From assembly GCA_030583785.1 (NCBI GenBank), contig CP129475.1:95559-159558 (forward strand): a DNA stretch of 64,000 nt. Direction: 5' to 3'. Positions 56,139-64,000 of this stretch are shown piece after piece. The stretch's first letter is position 1; each line of letters starts with the position of its first letter. Position numbers and translations under genes: made by a program. Below the pieces are notes generated by a model. That model was not told the DNA's origin, did no database searches, and saw nothing but the letters and a program-made list of their open reading frames with translations. The DNA is from Candidatus Dojkabacteria bacterium (GTDB lineage Bacteria; Patescibacteriota; Dojkabacteria; B142; OLB20).

Positions 56139-57564
56139 TATTCAAATTATTCTTAACTTGAACTATCATATTTCTAAATCCATGGCTACCCATAAAAGCA
56201 ATTACCGTATGATTCTTGTTATTAGATTTGTATTCGCTTATGAATTTTAGTAGCGTTTCGTCATCGGGTATAACTTGGATATCGTTGCCGTAGTTTTTAA
56301 GTTGCCTTGCTAAGTCGTCTTCGTCGATGTGCTTAAGATCACTTGCAGGAAGTTTTGTAAACCTCGGAAAAATAACCTTATCGGCTAGTATGAAGGCATC
56401 TTTATATGTAGAGATTGCTTCAGTTGTCCTACTTCCGGTATTTGGTTCATAGATAACAAGAATTTTTGAGCTTGGATATTCTTGTTTGATTGCAGATAAA
56501 GAGCCAATTACTTTTGCAGGTGAACTGGCAAAATCATCTATTAATACACATTTTGCATCTTCATAAACTTTTTCTAATCTTCTTTTTATACCCTTAAAGT
56601 CTTCGAGACCTTGTTGAATATATTCTTTTCTAACTCCAAGCGTTGAGCATAGGGCTGTTGCAGCAAGTATGTTTTCGAGATTGAATTCGCCTAGTACAGT
56701 AGTTTGAAATGGAATTATTTCTGTAGTATCCGTTTGCTTAACAAGTGTCATGAGTGGTTTAGATTCTTTAAGAAGATACCAGTCAGGTTTAATAAGTGAT
56801 TTTGACAAGTTACTTGAATAGTACACCTTCTTGTTAGATGATTCTTTAGCTAGCTTTACACAGTTCTTGTCGTTAGCGTTAATAACAAGTATGCCATGTT
56901 CTGGTAACTGACGAATAAGGCTTGCAAATACTTCTAAGTATTCATTTTCAGACTTGTAAATGTCTGTATGGTCCCATTTACAGGAAGTGAGAAGCAAGTG
57001 TGTTGGCTGATATTTGCTGAATTTTGGATTTCTATCTTGAAGCGAAATAATGTATTCGTCACCTTCTACTATGGAGTACTTTGTTTTGTCAGTTTTTGAT
57101 TTAATAGGCAAAATGCTGTTTGAACTGATGCCGCCAAACATCCAACTAATATTTTGATTGGCGGCAAGAAAAATGTTTACTAGCAAAGATGTTGTGGTTG
57201 TTTTACCGTAGGTTCCAGCCACTACGATTGAATTATCTTTATTAATGACATGTTCGGCAATTATGTCCGTGTAGTTAACAATCTGAATGTTGAGCTTCTT
57301 TGCTTCAATAACTTCTGGATTTGAATCACCTTTTAAACCTTGCATTAGAACAAATGTTGGGTGATTACCATTAGCATCCGTAAGCCTGTCTGCCTTATAG
57401 TTAGGTTTAAAATCAATTTTATGAGTTTTTAGAAAATCACTAATTGGAGGATAGAAACCTTTGTCGGATCCTGTAACTTTCCAACCTAAGTTTTTATACA
57501 TCAATGCCACTGCGGATGTTGTAACACCTGCTATACCAATGATATGAATCCACTTATTCTGCAT
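56128..57564 (-). CDS. MurC/Mpl-family Mur ligase (N-terminus more Mpl-like)
   Basis: IHIIGIAGVTTSAVALMYKNLGWKVTGSDKGFYPPIS resembles the Mpl N-terminus (HILGICGTFMG...TGSDANVYPPMS). Mur ligase P-loop VAGTYGKTTTTS and a C-terminal domain follow. Confidence 0.7.
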   Translation of the reverse strand: MQNKWIHIIGIAGVTTSAVALMYKNLGWKVTGSDKGFYPPISDFLKTHKIDFKPNYKADRLTDANGNHPTFVLMQGLKGDSNPEVIEAKKLNIQIVNYTDIIAEHVINKDNSIVVAGTYGKTTTTSLLVNIFLAANQNISWMFGGISSNSILPIKSKTDKTKYSIVEGDEYIISLQDRNPKFSKYQPTHLLLTSCKWDHTDIYKSENEYLEVFASLIRQLPEHGILVINANDKNCVKLAKESSNKKVYYSSNLSKSLIKPDWYLLKESKPLMTLVKQTDTTEIIPFQTTVLGEFNLENILAATALCSTLGVRKEYIQQGLEDFKGIKRRLEKVYEDAKCVLIDDFASSPAKVIGSLSAIKQEYPSSKILVIYEPNTGSRTTEAISTYKDAFILADKVIFPRFTKLPASDLKHIDEDDLARQLKNYGNDIQVIPDDETLLKFISEYKSNNKNHTVIAFMGSHGFRNMIVQVKNNLNNAS

Positions 57565-57755
57565 AACCTAATACTAGCACAAACTTGACCGCTCTCAACT
57601 TAGAAATAAAATAATTAAGGTTTTTTTGTAGGACAAAATTCATCATTTCTCTTAAAGTAATAGTCAGTAAAGAAAAACGAGAGAAAATAATATATACCAT
57701 TTAAATATCACTGTAGCTTGACAGTCACAATCGCTAGTTGTTATGTTTATTACGC

Positions 57756-57773
57756 ACCACAATAAATTGTGGT
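57756..57773 (+). promoter_or_regulatory. putative NrdR-box-like palindromic operator upstream of nrdR
   Basis: ACCACAAT-AA-ATTGTGGT is a perfect 8-bp inverted repeat. It resembles the NrdR box core CACwAT..ATwGTG. It sits about 30 nt upstream of the nrdR start. Confidence 0.5.
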
Positions 57774-57802
57774 CATATTAAATAAACATTACCTTGCACT
57801 TA

Positions 57803-58267
57803 ATGTTGTGTCCTTATTGCCATTCAAACAATTCCAAGGTCGTTGATAAAAGAGATAACAAAGAAACAGGCGTAACCAGAAGAAGAAGAGAGTGTTTGCA
57901 ATGCAAAAAAAGATTTACTACATACGAAAGAGTTGAAACAATAAGTCTTCATGTAGTAAAAAGAAGTGGTAAGTTAGAAGAATTTGATCGAGAGAAGCTC
58001 AAAAAAGGCATAGTAAAAGCTGTAAAGAAAAGACAAATCCCCGAAGCAGAGATTGATGATCTCATAGACGACATCGAACTCAAACTGCTCAATAGACAAA
58101 CTAAAGAGATTCGTTCCACAGAGATCGGAAAAATGGTACTTACAAGACTTAAAAAGTTAGATACTATCGGATATTTGCTGTTTGCATCTGTATACAGAGA
58201 TTTTAATAGTATCAAAGACTTTGAAGATGCGATTGCAGAATTAAAAGCTCCAAATAATATAGATTAA
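57803..58267 (+). CDS. nrdR: transcriptional repressor NrdR
   Basis: MLCPYCHSNNSKVVDKR...RRRECLQCKKRFTTYE Zn-ribbon followed by an ATP-cone. The ORF-track TTG start at 57794 was trimmed to the ATG at 57803. Confidence 0.9.
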   Translation: MLCPYCHSNNSKVVDKRDNKETGVTRRRRECLQCKKRFTTYERVETISLHVVKRSGKLEEFDREKLKKGIVKAVKKRQIPEAEIDDLIDDIELKLLNRQTKEIRSTEIGKMVLTRLKKLDTIGYLLFASVYRDFNSIKDFEDAIAELKAPNNID

Positions 58268-58282
58268 TATTCAAGCAAAACC

Positions 58283-60064
58283 ATGACTAAAAAAAGATTC
58301 TCCAAACAAGTCAACCTCACAGATAATGCTAATCTAATTGCAGAAAAAAGATATCTTAAGCTCGAAGCGGACGGATCTGTTAAAGAATCTGTCAACGAAA
58401 TGTTTACCAGAGTAGCTAGATTTATTGCAAGCGGAGATCTTGACCTCTCTGATAAATCAGAGAGCTATAAGAAACCTTCTCAAAGCGAACTAGAAGAAAT
58501 CGAAGACAGCTTCTATGAAATACAAGCTAATCTAGAATTTCTCTCTGGAATGTCGTTACTAGACAGGGGTAAACAAGATTTAGTTGCGGCGTGTTATGTA
58601 TTACCAATAAAAGACAGCATAGAGTCCATATATGGAACACTTGCCAATGCAGTTGTTTTGCACAGAAGAGGAGCTGGTATTGGCTATGATTTTTCAGAAA
58701 TAAGACCAGAAGGAGACATTGTGAATACAACGGGTAGAGAAGCCAGCGGTCCGATCTCTTTCATGAAGTTATACGACTATTCCTCTGAAGTTATAATGAA
58801 CAGAGGCGCCGTTAGGCATGCTGGTCATATGGGAATTTTGCGCATAGATCACCCAGATGTCAGAAAATTCCTGTCGGCCAAACAAGATAATACTCAACTA
58901 ACAAACTTCAATATATCTATTGCAATCACAGACGAGTTTATTGATGCTTTGGAGAAGAACACTGAATACGAGCTTAAACATGAAGGTAAAGTGTATGGAA
59001 AAATCCTTGCTAAAGAAATGCTTACAGAAATCGCAGAAAGTATTCATAAAAGCGGAGAACCTGGCTTTATCTTTGTAGACGAGATTAATAGACACAATCC
59101 AACATTGCATGTCGGGTTAATGACATCAACTAACCAATGTGGCGAACAACCATTGCTTCCTTACGAAGCGTGTAATCTTGGTTCGGTGGTACTCAATAAA
59201 TTTGTTATCAAAGGAACAGATAACAAGAAAACACATGATCGAATTGATTGGGATAGATTGGAATATGTTGTTAAAACTGCTGTGCATTTTCTGGATAACA
59301 CGATCACAGTGTCCAGGCATCTTCTTCCAGAGATTGAAAAATTGGTTAAACATGGGAACAGAAAAATTGGAGTCGGTGTCATGGGTTGGGCAGATATGCT
59401 TTACGAGCTCAATATCCCCTATAACTCTCAAGAAGCTCTCGACCTAGCTGAACAAATAATGGGCTTTATTAAAGAAAAGGGACATGAAAAATCACAAGAA
59501 CTTGGCAAACTCAAAGGTGACTTTGGTAACTTCAAAGGCTCAAAATGGCACAAAGAAGGATACACGAACATGCGCAACGCGACAGTTACAACCATTGCTC
59601 CCACAGGCACTACCAGCTTGCTAGCCAACTGTAATGGAGGTATAGAACCATTTTTTGCACTTGCTTATATTCGCAAGAATATGGAAACAATGGGTGACAC
59701 AGAAATGATTTATGTAAACGAACTACTTGAACAAAAACTTAAAGACGAATGGCTTTACGATAAAGAGCTCATGCGAAATATTGCCGAGAAAGGGACCTTA
59801 TCATCATTTAATCAAATTCCCGAACGAATTAGAAAAGTTTATGTTTGCTCATTTGACATCGAACCCGAGTGGCACATTAGAATGCAGGCAGCCTTTCAAA
59901 AATTCACAGATAATGCAGTTTCAAAAACAATAAATCTTCCTGAATCAGCTAGCACAGAAGATATTATTTCTGCATTCAAGCTGGCTGCAAAGCTAGGTCT
60001 AAAAGGACTGACAATTTATCGTGACAAAAGCAGAGACCAGCAAGTACTTAATTTAACTAAATAA
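58283..60064 (+). CDS. nrdJ: class II (adenosylcobalamin-dependent) ribonucleotide reductase NrdJ
   Basis: CYVLPIKDS...GAGIGYDFSEIRPEGD, ILRIDHPD, NQCGEQPLLPYEACNLGS (thiyl-radical Cys loop), and C-terminal SKTINLP...GLKGLTIYRD. 593 aa. Confidence 0.88.
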   Translation: MTKKRFSKQVNLTDNANLIAEKRYLKLEADGSVKESVNEMFTRVARFIASGDLDLSDKSESYKKPSQSELEEIEDSFYEIQANLEFLSGMSLLDRGKQDLVAACYVLPIKDSIESIYGTLANAVVLHRRGAGIGYDFSEIRPEGDIVNTTGREASGPISFMKLYDYSSEVIMNRGAVRHAGHMGILRIDHPDVRKFLSAKQDNTQLTNFNISIAITDEFIDALEKNTEYELKHEGKVYGKILAKEMLTEIAESIHKSGEPGFIFVDEINRHNPTLHVGLMTSTNQCGEQPLLPYEACNLGSVVLNKFVIKGTDNKKTHDRIDWDRLEYVVKTAVHFLDNTITVSRHLLPEIEKLVKHGNRKIGVGVMGWADMLYELNIPYNSQEALDLAEQIMGFIKEKGHEKSQELGKLKGDFGNFKGSKWHKEGYTNMRNATVTTIAPTGTTSLLANCNGGIEPFFALAYIRKNMETMGDTEMIYVNELLEQKLKDEWLYDKELMRNIAEKGTLSSFNQIPERIRKVYVCSFDIEPEWHIRMQAAFQKFTDNAVSKTINLPESASTEDIISAFKLAAKLGLKGLTIYRDKSRDQQVLNLTK

Positions 60065-60066
60065 TT

Positions 60067-60516
60067 ATGCAAGTGGGATTAGATACATTCAATATTTCAT
60101 ACAATGTCTTTATGAGTAAAGTCGGCAAAGACTTATCTGTAGGAGTTAGGATTAAAGCTTCAACAGATACCAAAAAAGATGTTGTTAGAGTATGGACAGA
60201 TACAAAAAATTGGCAGTTTAGTTTGGTGGGGCTCATAGACGAAGATGCAAACATTTCGATTGAAAGGGTAGAGATTCAATCGTTCGGTGATAGTCTTGCT
60301 TACTTAAAACTTATTGCTATTCACGAGAAGCCTTCGTTTAAGATAGATCTTCAAAAACTTGGTTCTGGATTTGCTGAACTTGCGCAAGTTTCTAACGATG
60401 AAGCACAAATCTTTCTAGATAATTATATGCAGTCATCTGTAAATTTAACATTAACGGAGCAACTGTTCTCTGATTATGCCAAAGACGAGAACACAAAAAG
60501 CTGGCTAACATTATGA
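60067..60516 (+). CDS. hypothetical protein
   Basis: 149 aa, located between nrdJ and the Nudix gene. I recognise no motifs. Confidence 0.45.
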   Translation: MQVGLDTFNISYNVFMSKVGKDLSVGVRIKASTDTKKDVVRVWTDTKNWQFSLVGLIDEDANISIERVEIQSFGDSLAYLKLIAIHEKPSFKIDLQKLGSGFAELAQVSNDEAQIFLDNYMQSSVNLTLTEQLFSDYAKDENTKSWLTL

Positions 60517-61382
60517 ACAATCTAACAATAAACACAATAGGTCTTGTCTATAACACAGAAGGGAAATTCCTGATTGGAAAAAGATCCTCAATAGAATTAC
60601 ACGAACCAGGTCTATATTCATATCTAGGAGGCAAACTTGATTACAATGGTGAATTGCAGGCTGGTAAATCGATGTTTCTTTTAGAAGAAAACCTTAAAAG
60701 AGAAATAAAAGAAGAAGCAGGAGTTGAAATTGAAGTCTCAGAATATCTTTCTAGTCATGCATTTGTTAAAGATAACGGAGATAAAGTTGTGGTCATCGCA
60801 TATTTAGCAGAGTATGTTTCAGGAATTCTAACTCCGCAACAAGATGAGGTTGAAGAATTAATTTGGATCACCCGAGAAAACCTAAAGGAAATAAACACCT
60901 TAGATATTATTAAAGAAGTCTATACTCAGGCTTTTGACAAAATTGAACAGAATAGACAAAGATTTACTATTGAACTGGCCGGAATCGTCTTAAATGATAA
61001 CGAAGAATTTTTATTAGTCAGAAAAAATAATAGCGCAGAAAAGTTTTCCCTTCCAAGCGGAGCTTTCAGCTCAAAAGCAGTTGGTAGCTGGGAAGTTATG
61101 GAAAGCTCCCTTGCAAAGATAATATTTCAGCAGACCGGAATAGAAATTGCAGATGGTCCGATTCCTTTTACAGATCAATTACTTATGGATAAAACTGAAG
61201 AGAAGTTACTTCAACTATTTATCTGCCGCTATAAATACGGAAATATCCAAATTAAATCTCCAGAAGAAATTGCCGAAGTAAAATGGATTCATATAAATGA
61301 CATTGAAAGAAAAGATCTGAACGAAAGGGACTACCTTATCCTTTACAAAGCATCAGATTTTATTTCAAAACTAAACGATTAA
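60513..61382 (+). CDS. tandem-Nudix-domain hydrolase
   Basis: First Nudix box GGKLDYNGELQAGKSMFLLEENLKREIKEEAGVEI (GX5EX7REUXEEXGU). The second half (LPSGAFSSKAVGSWEVMESSLAKIIFQQTGIEI) is a degenerate second Nudix fold. Confidence 0.7.
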   Translation: MNNLTINTIGLVYNTEGKFLIGKRSSIELHEPGLYSYLGGKLDYNGELQAGKSMFLLEENLKREIKEEAGVEIEVSEYLSSHAFVKDNGDKVVVIAYLAEYVSGILTPQQDEVEELIWITRENLKEINTLDIIKEVYTQAFDKIEQNRQRFTIELAGIVLNDNEEFLLVRKNNSAEKFSLPSGAFSSKAVGSWEVMESSLAKIIFQQTGIEIADGPIPFTDQLLMDKTEEKLLQLFICRYKYGNIQIKSPEEIAEVKWIHINDIERKDLNERDYLILYKASDFISKLND

Positions 61383-61402
61383 TTTATTCACATTATATTT
61401 AC

Positions 61403-64000
61403 ATGATGAACACAGCTAAAACAGACTTCTTTGACGATATTCTTGATACACCGGCAGATCTTTTTGATCCAAAAGTATCTGCCAATTCATTAGAGATCAT
61501 GAAAAAAAGACATCTCTTAAAAGACGAAAACGGTGATCTGCTTGAAGAGCCTAAAGATATGTTTTGGCGCGTTGCCAGAAGCATGGCACTTGAAGATGGT
61601 AAATATGTCAAAGGAGCTCAGGCCAGAAAAGAAAGAGTAATAATGAGAACGGCAAAAGAATTTTACGAACTTCTTGCACAAAACAGATTCTTACCCGGTT
61701 CTAGAGTTCTTTACGAGGCAGGAAACGAAATCGACGGAACAGGACAGCTTTCATCATGTTTTGTACTTCCAATAGAAGATAGCCTTGAATCAATTTTCGA
61801 AACAATGAAGGAAGCAGCTATTGTGCAAAAGAACAATGGTGGAACAGGCTTTAACTTCTCGCACATCAGACCAAAAGGAGATAGTGTTGGTGGCACCCCT
61901 AATGTTGCAGCAGGTCCAATACATTTTGTCAGAAGCTTTTCACAAGCCTTCGATCAGGTCCTGCAAGGCAAAAAACGAGGTGGTGGCAACATGGCTATAC
62001 TTAATGTTAATCATCCAGACATCATTGAATTTATAAACCTAAAAGGACAAGATTCTTCGATTCGCAACTTTAATATATCTGTTGGTATAACCGACGAGTT
62101 TATGCAAGCTGTCAAAGATGACGAAGAGTATGACTTAATTAATCCAAGAACAGGTAAATCCGTAGAGAAGAAAAAAGCCAGAGAAGTATTTAACCTTATT
62201 TGCCAAAAGGCATGGGAATGTGCAGACCCGGGATTGTTCTTTTTAGATACGACACAAAACGCAAATCCAACAAAGCCTTTAGGTATCATAGAAGCAACAA
62301 ATCCATGCGGAGAAGAACCTCTAAGAGCGTATGAATCATGTAATCTAGGCTCAATAGTACTTCCTTCGCATCTTATTAAAGTTGATGATCGCTACGAAAT
62401 CGACTGGGAACTTCTTAGGAAAACAACCAGATCAGCAATACACTTCCTGGACAACATGATAGATCTAAGCAAGTTTCCGCTTAAAAAGATTGAAGAACAG
62501 GTTGAAATGACACGCAAACTGGGACTTGGTGTCGTTGGATTGGCCTCAATGTTCTATCAAATGCGTATTGCTTACAATTCAACCGAAGGAACAGAGCTAG
62601 CAAGAAAAATAATTAGATTCGTACAAGATGAGTCAGTTAAAGAATCTGAATTGCTTGCCAAAGATCGTGGTGTATTCCCCGGATTTGCAGGCAGTAAATG
62701 GGACGAAATGGGTATAAAAGTTCGAAATGCAACTATGACATCAGTCGCACCAACTGGTACTTTAAGTCTTGTAGCAGATACTTCAAGTGGAATTGAGCCT
62801 GTATTTGCTTTGGTTTACAAACGAAACAGTTTTTATCAAGACGAAGCACAAGAAAATCGCAAGGGCTTGCTATATATTGACAGACACTTTGAAACTTATG
62901 CTAAAGAATCTGGATTCTATTCAGAAGAACTTATGGAACGAATTGCCGATAATCATGGTTCATTGCAGGGTTTAGATGAAGTTCCAGACGAAGCAAAAGA
63001 AGTATTTGTTGTAACGCACGACATATCACCAGAATGGCATGTGCGCATGCAAGCTTCAGCTCAAGAATCTGTCGATGCAGCTGTTTCTAAAACAATCAAT
63101 TTACCTTCTGATGCCACGATTGAAGATGTGAAAAGAGCCTATACTAATGCTTGGGAGCTTGGTTGTAAAGGCATAACAATTTATCGAGACGGAAGTAAAC
63201 AATATCAGGTACTTGAAAATGTTTCCAAAAAAGAAAAGGTTGAAAATATCGATGAACAATCGACTAAAGACGAGTCAGTTACAAGTTCCGAAACTGAAGA
63301 ACTAACAGAACATGCACTTACAGTTTTAGAAAAGAGGGCATTAAAAAAAGATTCAGCAGGAAATGTTATTGAATCGGCCGATGAACTTTGGATGAGAATT
63401 GCTTCGAAAGTTGCTGAAGCCGAGTCTTCTGAAAATCGCGAGATATTTACTAAAGAATTCTATCAAATCCTTTCTAAAAGAGAATTCCTTAGTGGCGGAA
63501 CACTTCTCTGGGCTGGTATGGGCGAAGAAACCATTCTTTCTAAATGCCTTGTACTCCCTGTAGGAGATTCAATAGATTCAATTTTCCAAACTCTAAACTG
63601 GAACATCCAATGTCTAAGAAGAGGTGTAGGAACAGGCTTTAATTTCTCAAATATTCGCTCAAGTTACGCCAAAGTAAAAACAACAGGTGAATTTGCTGCC
63701 GGACCTGTTGAATATTTACGAATGTATAACAGAGCACAAGACACAATTAGAGGACGAGGAGGCAGGGGACTTGGCTCAATGGCAATACTAAATGCGGATC
63801 ATCCCGATGTTGAGGCGTTTATTGAATGTAAAGATGATCTAAACGCAATTTCTCATTACAATATATCTGTTGGCATTAGCGATGCCTTTATGAGAGCTGT
63901 AAAATCAGATGCAGATTGGAATCTAGTTGATCCGAATGACGGACAGATTTATAAGACCGTCAAAGCAAGGGCGTTATTTGAGAAAATTGCGCAACACGCT
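61403..64000 (+). CDS. nrdJ: second class II ribonucleotide reductase that continues in frame into a third NrdJ-like module (tandem NrdJ-NrdJ fusion); 3' end outside window
   Basis: Manual translation from ATG 61403. Module 1 has CFVLPIEDS...GGTGFNFSHIRPKGD, ILNVNHPD, NPCGEEPLRAYESCNLGS and SKTINLPSDAT...GCKGITIYRD (ends near 63200). After an acidic Ser-rich linker, module 2 restarts with CLVLPVGDSIDSIF...GTGFNFSNIR...ILNADHPDVEAFIECK. I found no stop codon through to 64000. Confidence 0.8.
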   Translation, partial: MMNTAKTDFFDDILDTPADLFDPKVSANSLEIMKKRHLLKDENGDLLEEPKDMFWRVARSMALEDGKYVKGAQARKERVIMRTAKEFYELLAQNRFLPGSRVLYEAGNEIDGTGQLSSCFVLPIEDSLESIFETMKEAAIVQKNNGGTGFNFSHIRPKGDSVGGTPNVAAGPIHFVRSFSQAFDQVLQGKKRGGGNMAILNVNHPDIIEFINLKGQDSSIRNFNISVGITDEFMQAVKDDEEYDLINPRTGKSVEKKKAREVFNLICQKAWECADPGLFFLDTTQNANPTKPLGIIEATNPCGEEPLRAYESCNLGSIVLPSHLIKVDDRYEIDWELLRKTTRSAIHFLDNMIDLSKFPLKKIEEQVEMTRKLGLGVVGLASMFYQMRIAYNSTEGTELARKIIRFVQDESVKESELLAKDRGVFPGFAGSKWDEMGIKVRNATMTSVAPTGTLSLVADTSSGIEPVFALVYKRNSFYQDEAQENRKGLLYIDRHFETYAKESGFYSEELMERIADNHGSLQGLDEVPDEAKEVFVVTHDISPEWHVRMQASAQESVDAAVSKTINLPSDATIEDVKRAYTNAWELGCKGITIYRDGSKQYQVLENVSKKEKVENIDEQSTKDESVTSSETEELTEHALTVLEKRALKKDSAGNVIESADELWMRIASKVAEAESSENREIFTKEFYQILSKREFLSGGTLLWAGMGEETILSKCLVLPVGDSIDSIFQTLNWNIQCLRRGVGTGFNFSNIRSSYAKVKTTGEFAAGPVEYLRMYNRAQDTIRGRGGRGLGSMAILNADHPDVEAFIECKDDLNAISHYNISVGISDAFMRAVKSDADWNLVDPNDGQIYKTVKARALFEKIAQHA

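Noticed and set aside
61383-61404. Possible second NrdR box, TTCACATTATATTTACATG, upstream of the fused nrdJ.
   Set aside because: The palindrome is imperfect: CACAT...ACATG matches in only about half the positions. It is kept as a note inside a finding rather than as a feature.
57-64000. Possible alternative genetic code with UGA recoded, as in some CPR lineages.
   Set aside because: Conserved genes end on TGA at sensible positions. ung ends at ATGA with xth, mutS ends on TGA overlapped by the mfd GTG, and the sigma frame ends on the murE ATGA. Full-length alignable proteins are obtained with the standard code.
1-64000. Search for CRISPR arrays, rRNA genes, IS elements, integrases and prophage genes.
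   Set aside because: I found no direct-repeat/spacer arrays and no transposase, integrase, phage structural or rRNA-like sequence anywhere in the window.

Overview
This is a densely coded, low-GC window (about 35% GC by eye) with short intergenic spacers and frequent 1-20 nt gene overlaps. It looks like a small-genome bacterium, and my inference is a Patescibacteria/CPR-like lineage. The gene set fits that reading: archaeal-type class IIb AspRS, class I LysRS, a Gram-positive-style type IV pilus operon without secretin or alignment genes, and many small secreted hypothetical proteins. I see no rRNA, CRISPR array, integrase or transposase. I found one tRNA, Leu(UAG), on the minus strand. The recognisable content falls into seven groups. 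(1) Base-excision repair pair ung-xth. (2) Translation and tRNA-modification genes: hisS, mnmA, rlmH, miaA, aspS and class I lysS. (3) A partial dcw cluster mraZ-rsmH-ftsL-ftsI followed by murA, a degenerate Mur-ligase-like ORF, an ECF sigma-factor reading frame with no start codon, and murE. (4) A minus-strand type IV pilus operon pilA-pilB-pilC plus three or four minor pilins, one of which is a 650-aa giant, with a convergent prepilin peptidase. (5) mutS, an N-terminally divergent mfd, an Ate/Bpt-like transferase and a tail-less SSB. (6) A formyltransferase / NodB-deacetylase / LmbE-deacetylase / GT2 / HIT glycan-modification cassette and a MurC/Mpl-family ligase. (7) A ribonucleotide-reductase island: nrdR with a palindromic operator, a 593-aa class II nrdJ, a hypothetical gene, a tandem Nudix gene, and a second nrdJ that continues in frame into a third NrdJ-like module and runs off the window. 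The observations I would look at first are: the NrdJ-NrdJ tandem fusion; a T-box-like leader in front of an AspRS carrying a C-terminal YbaK/ProX-like deacylase domain; the sigma-factor frame lacking any ATG/GTG/TTG; a phased GTGG MraZ operator; and an ATP-grasp plus M20 peptidase pair.
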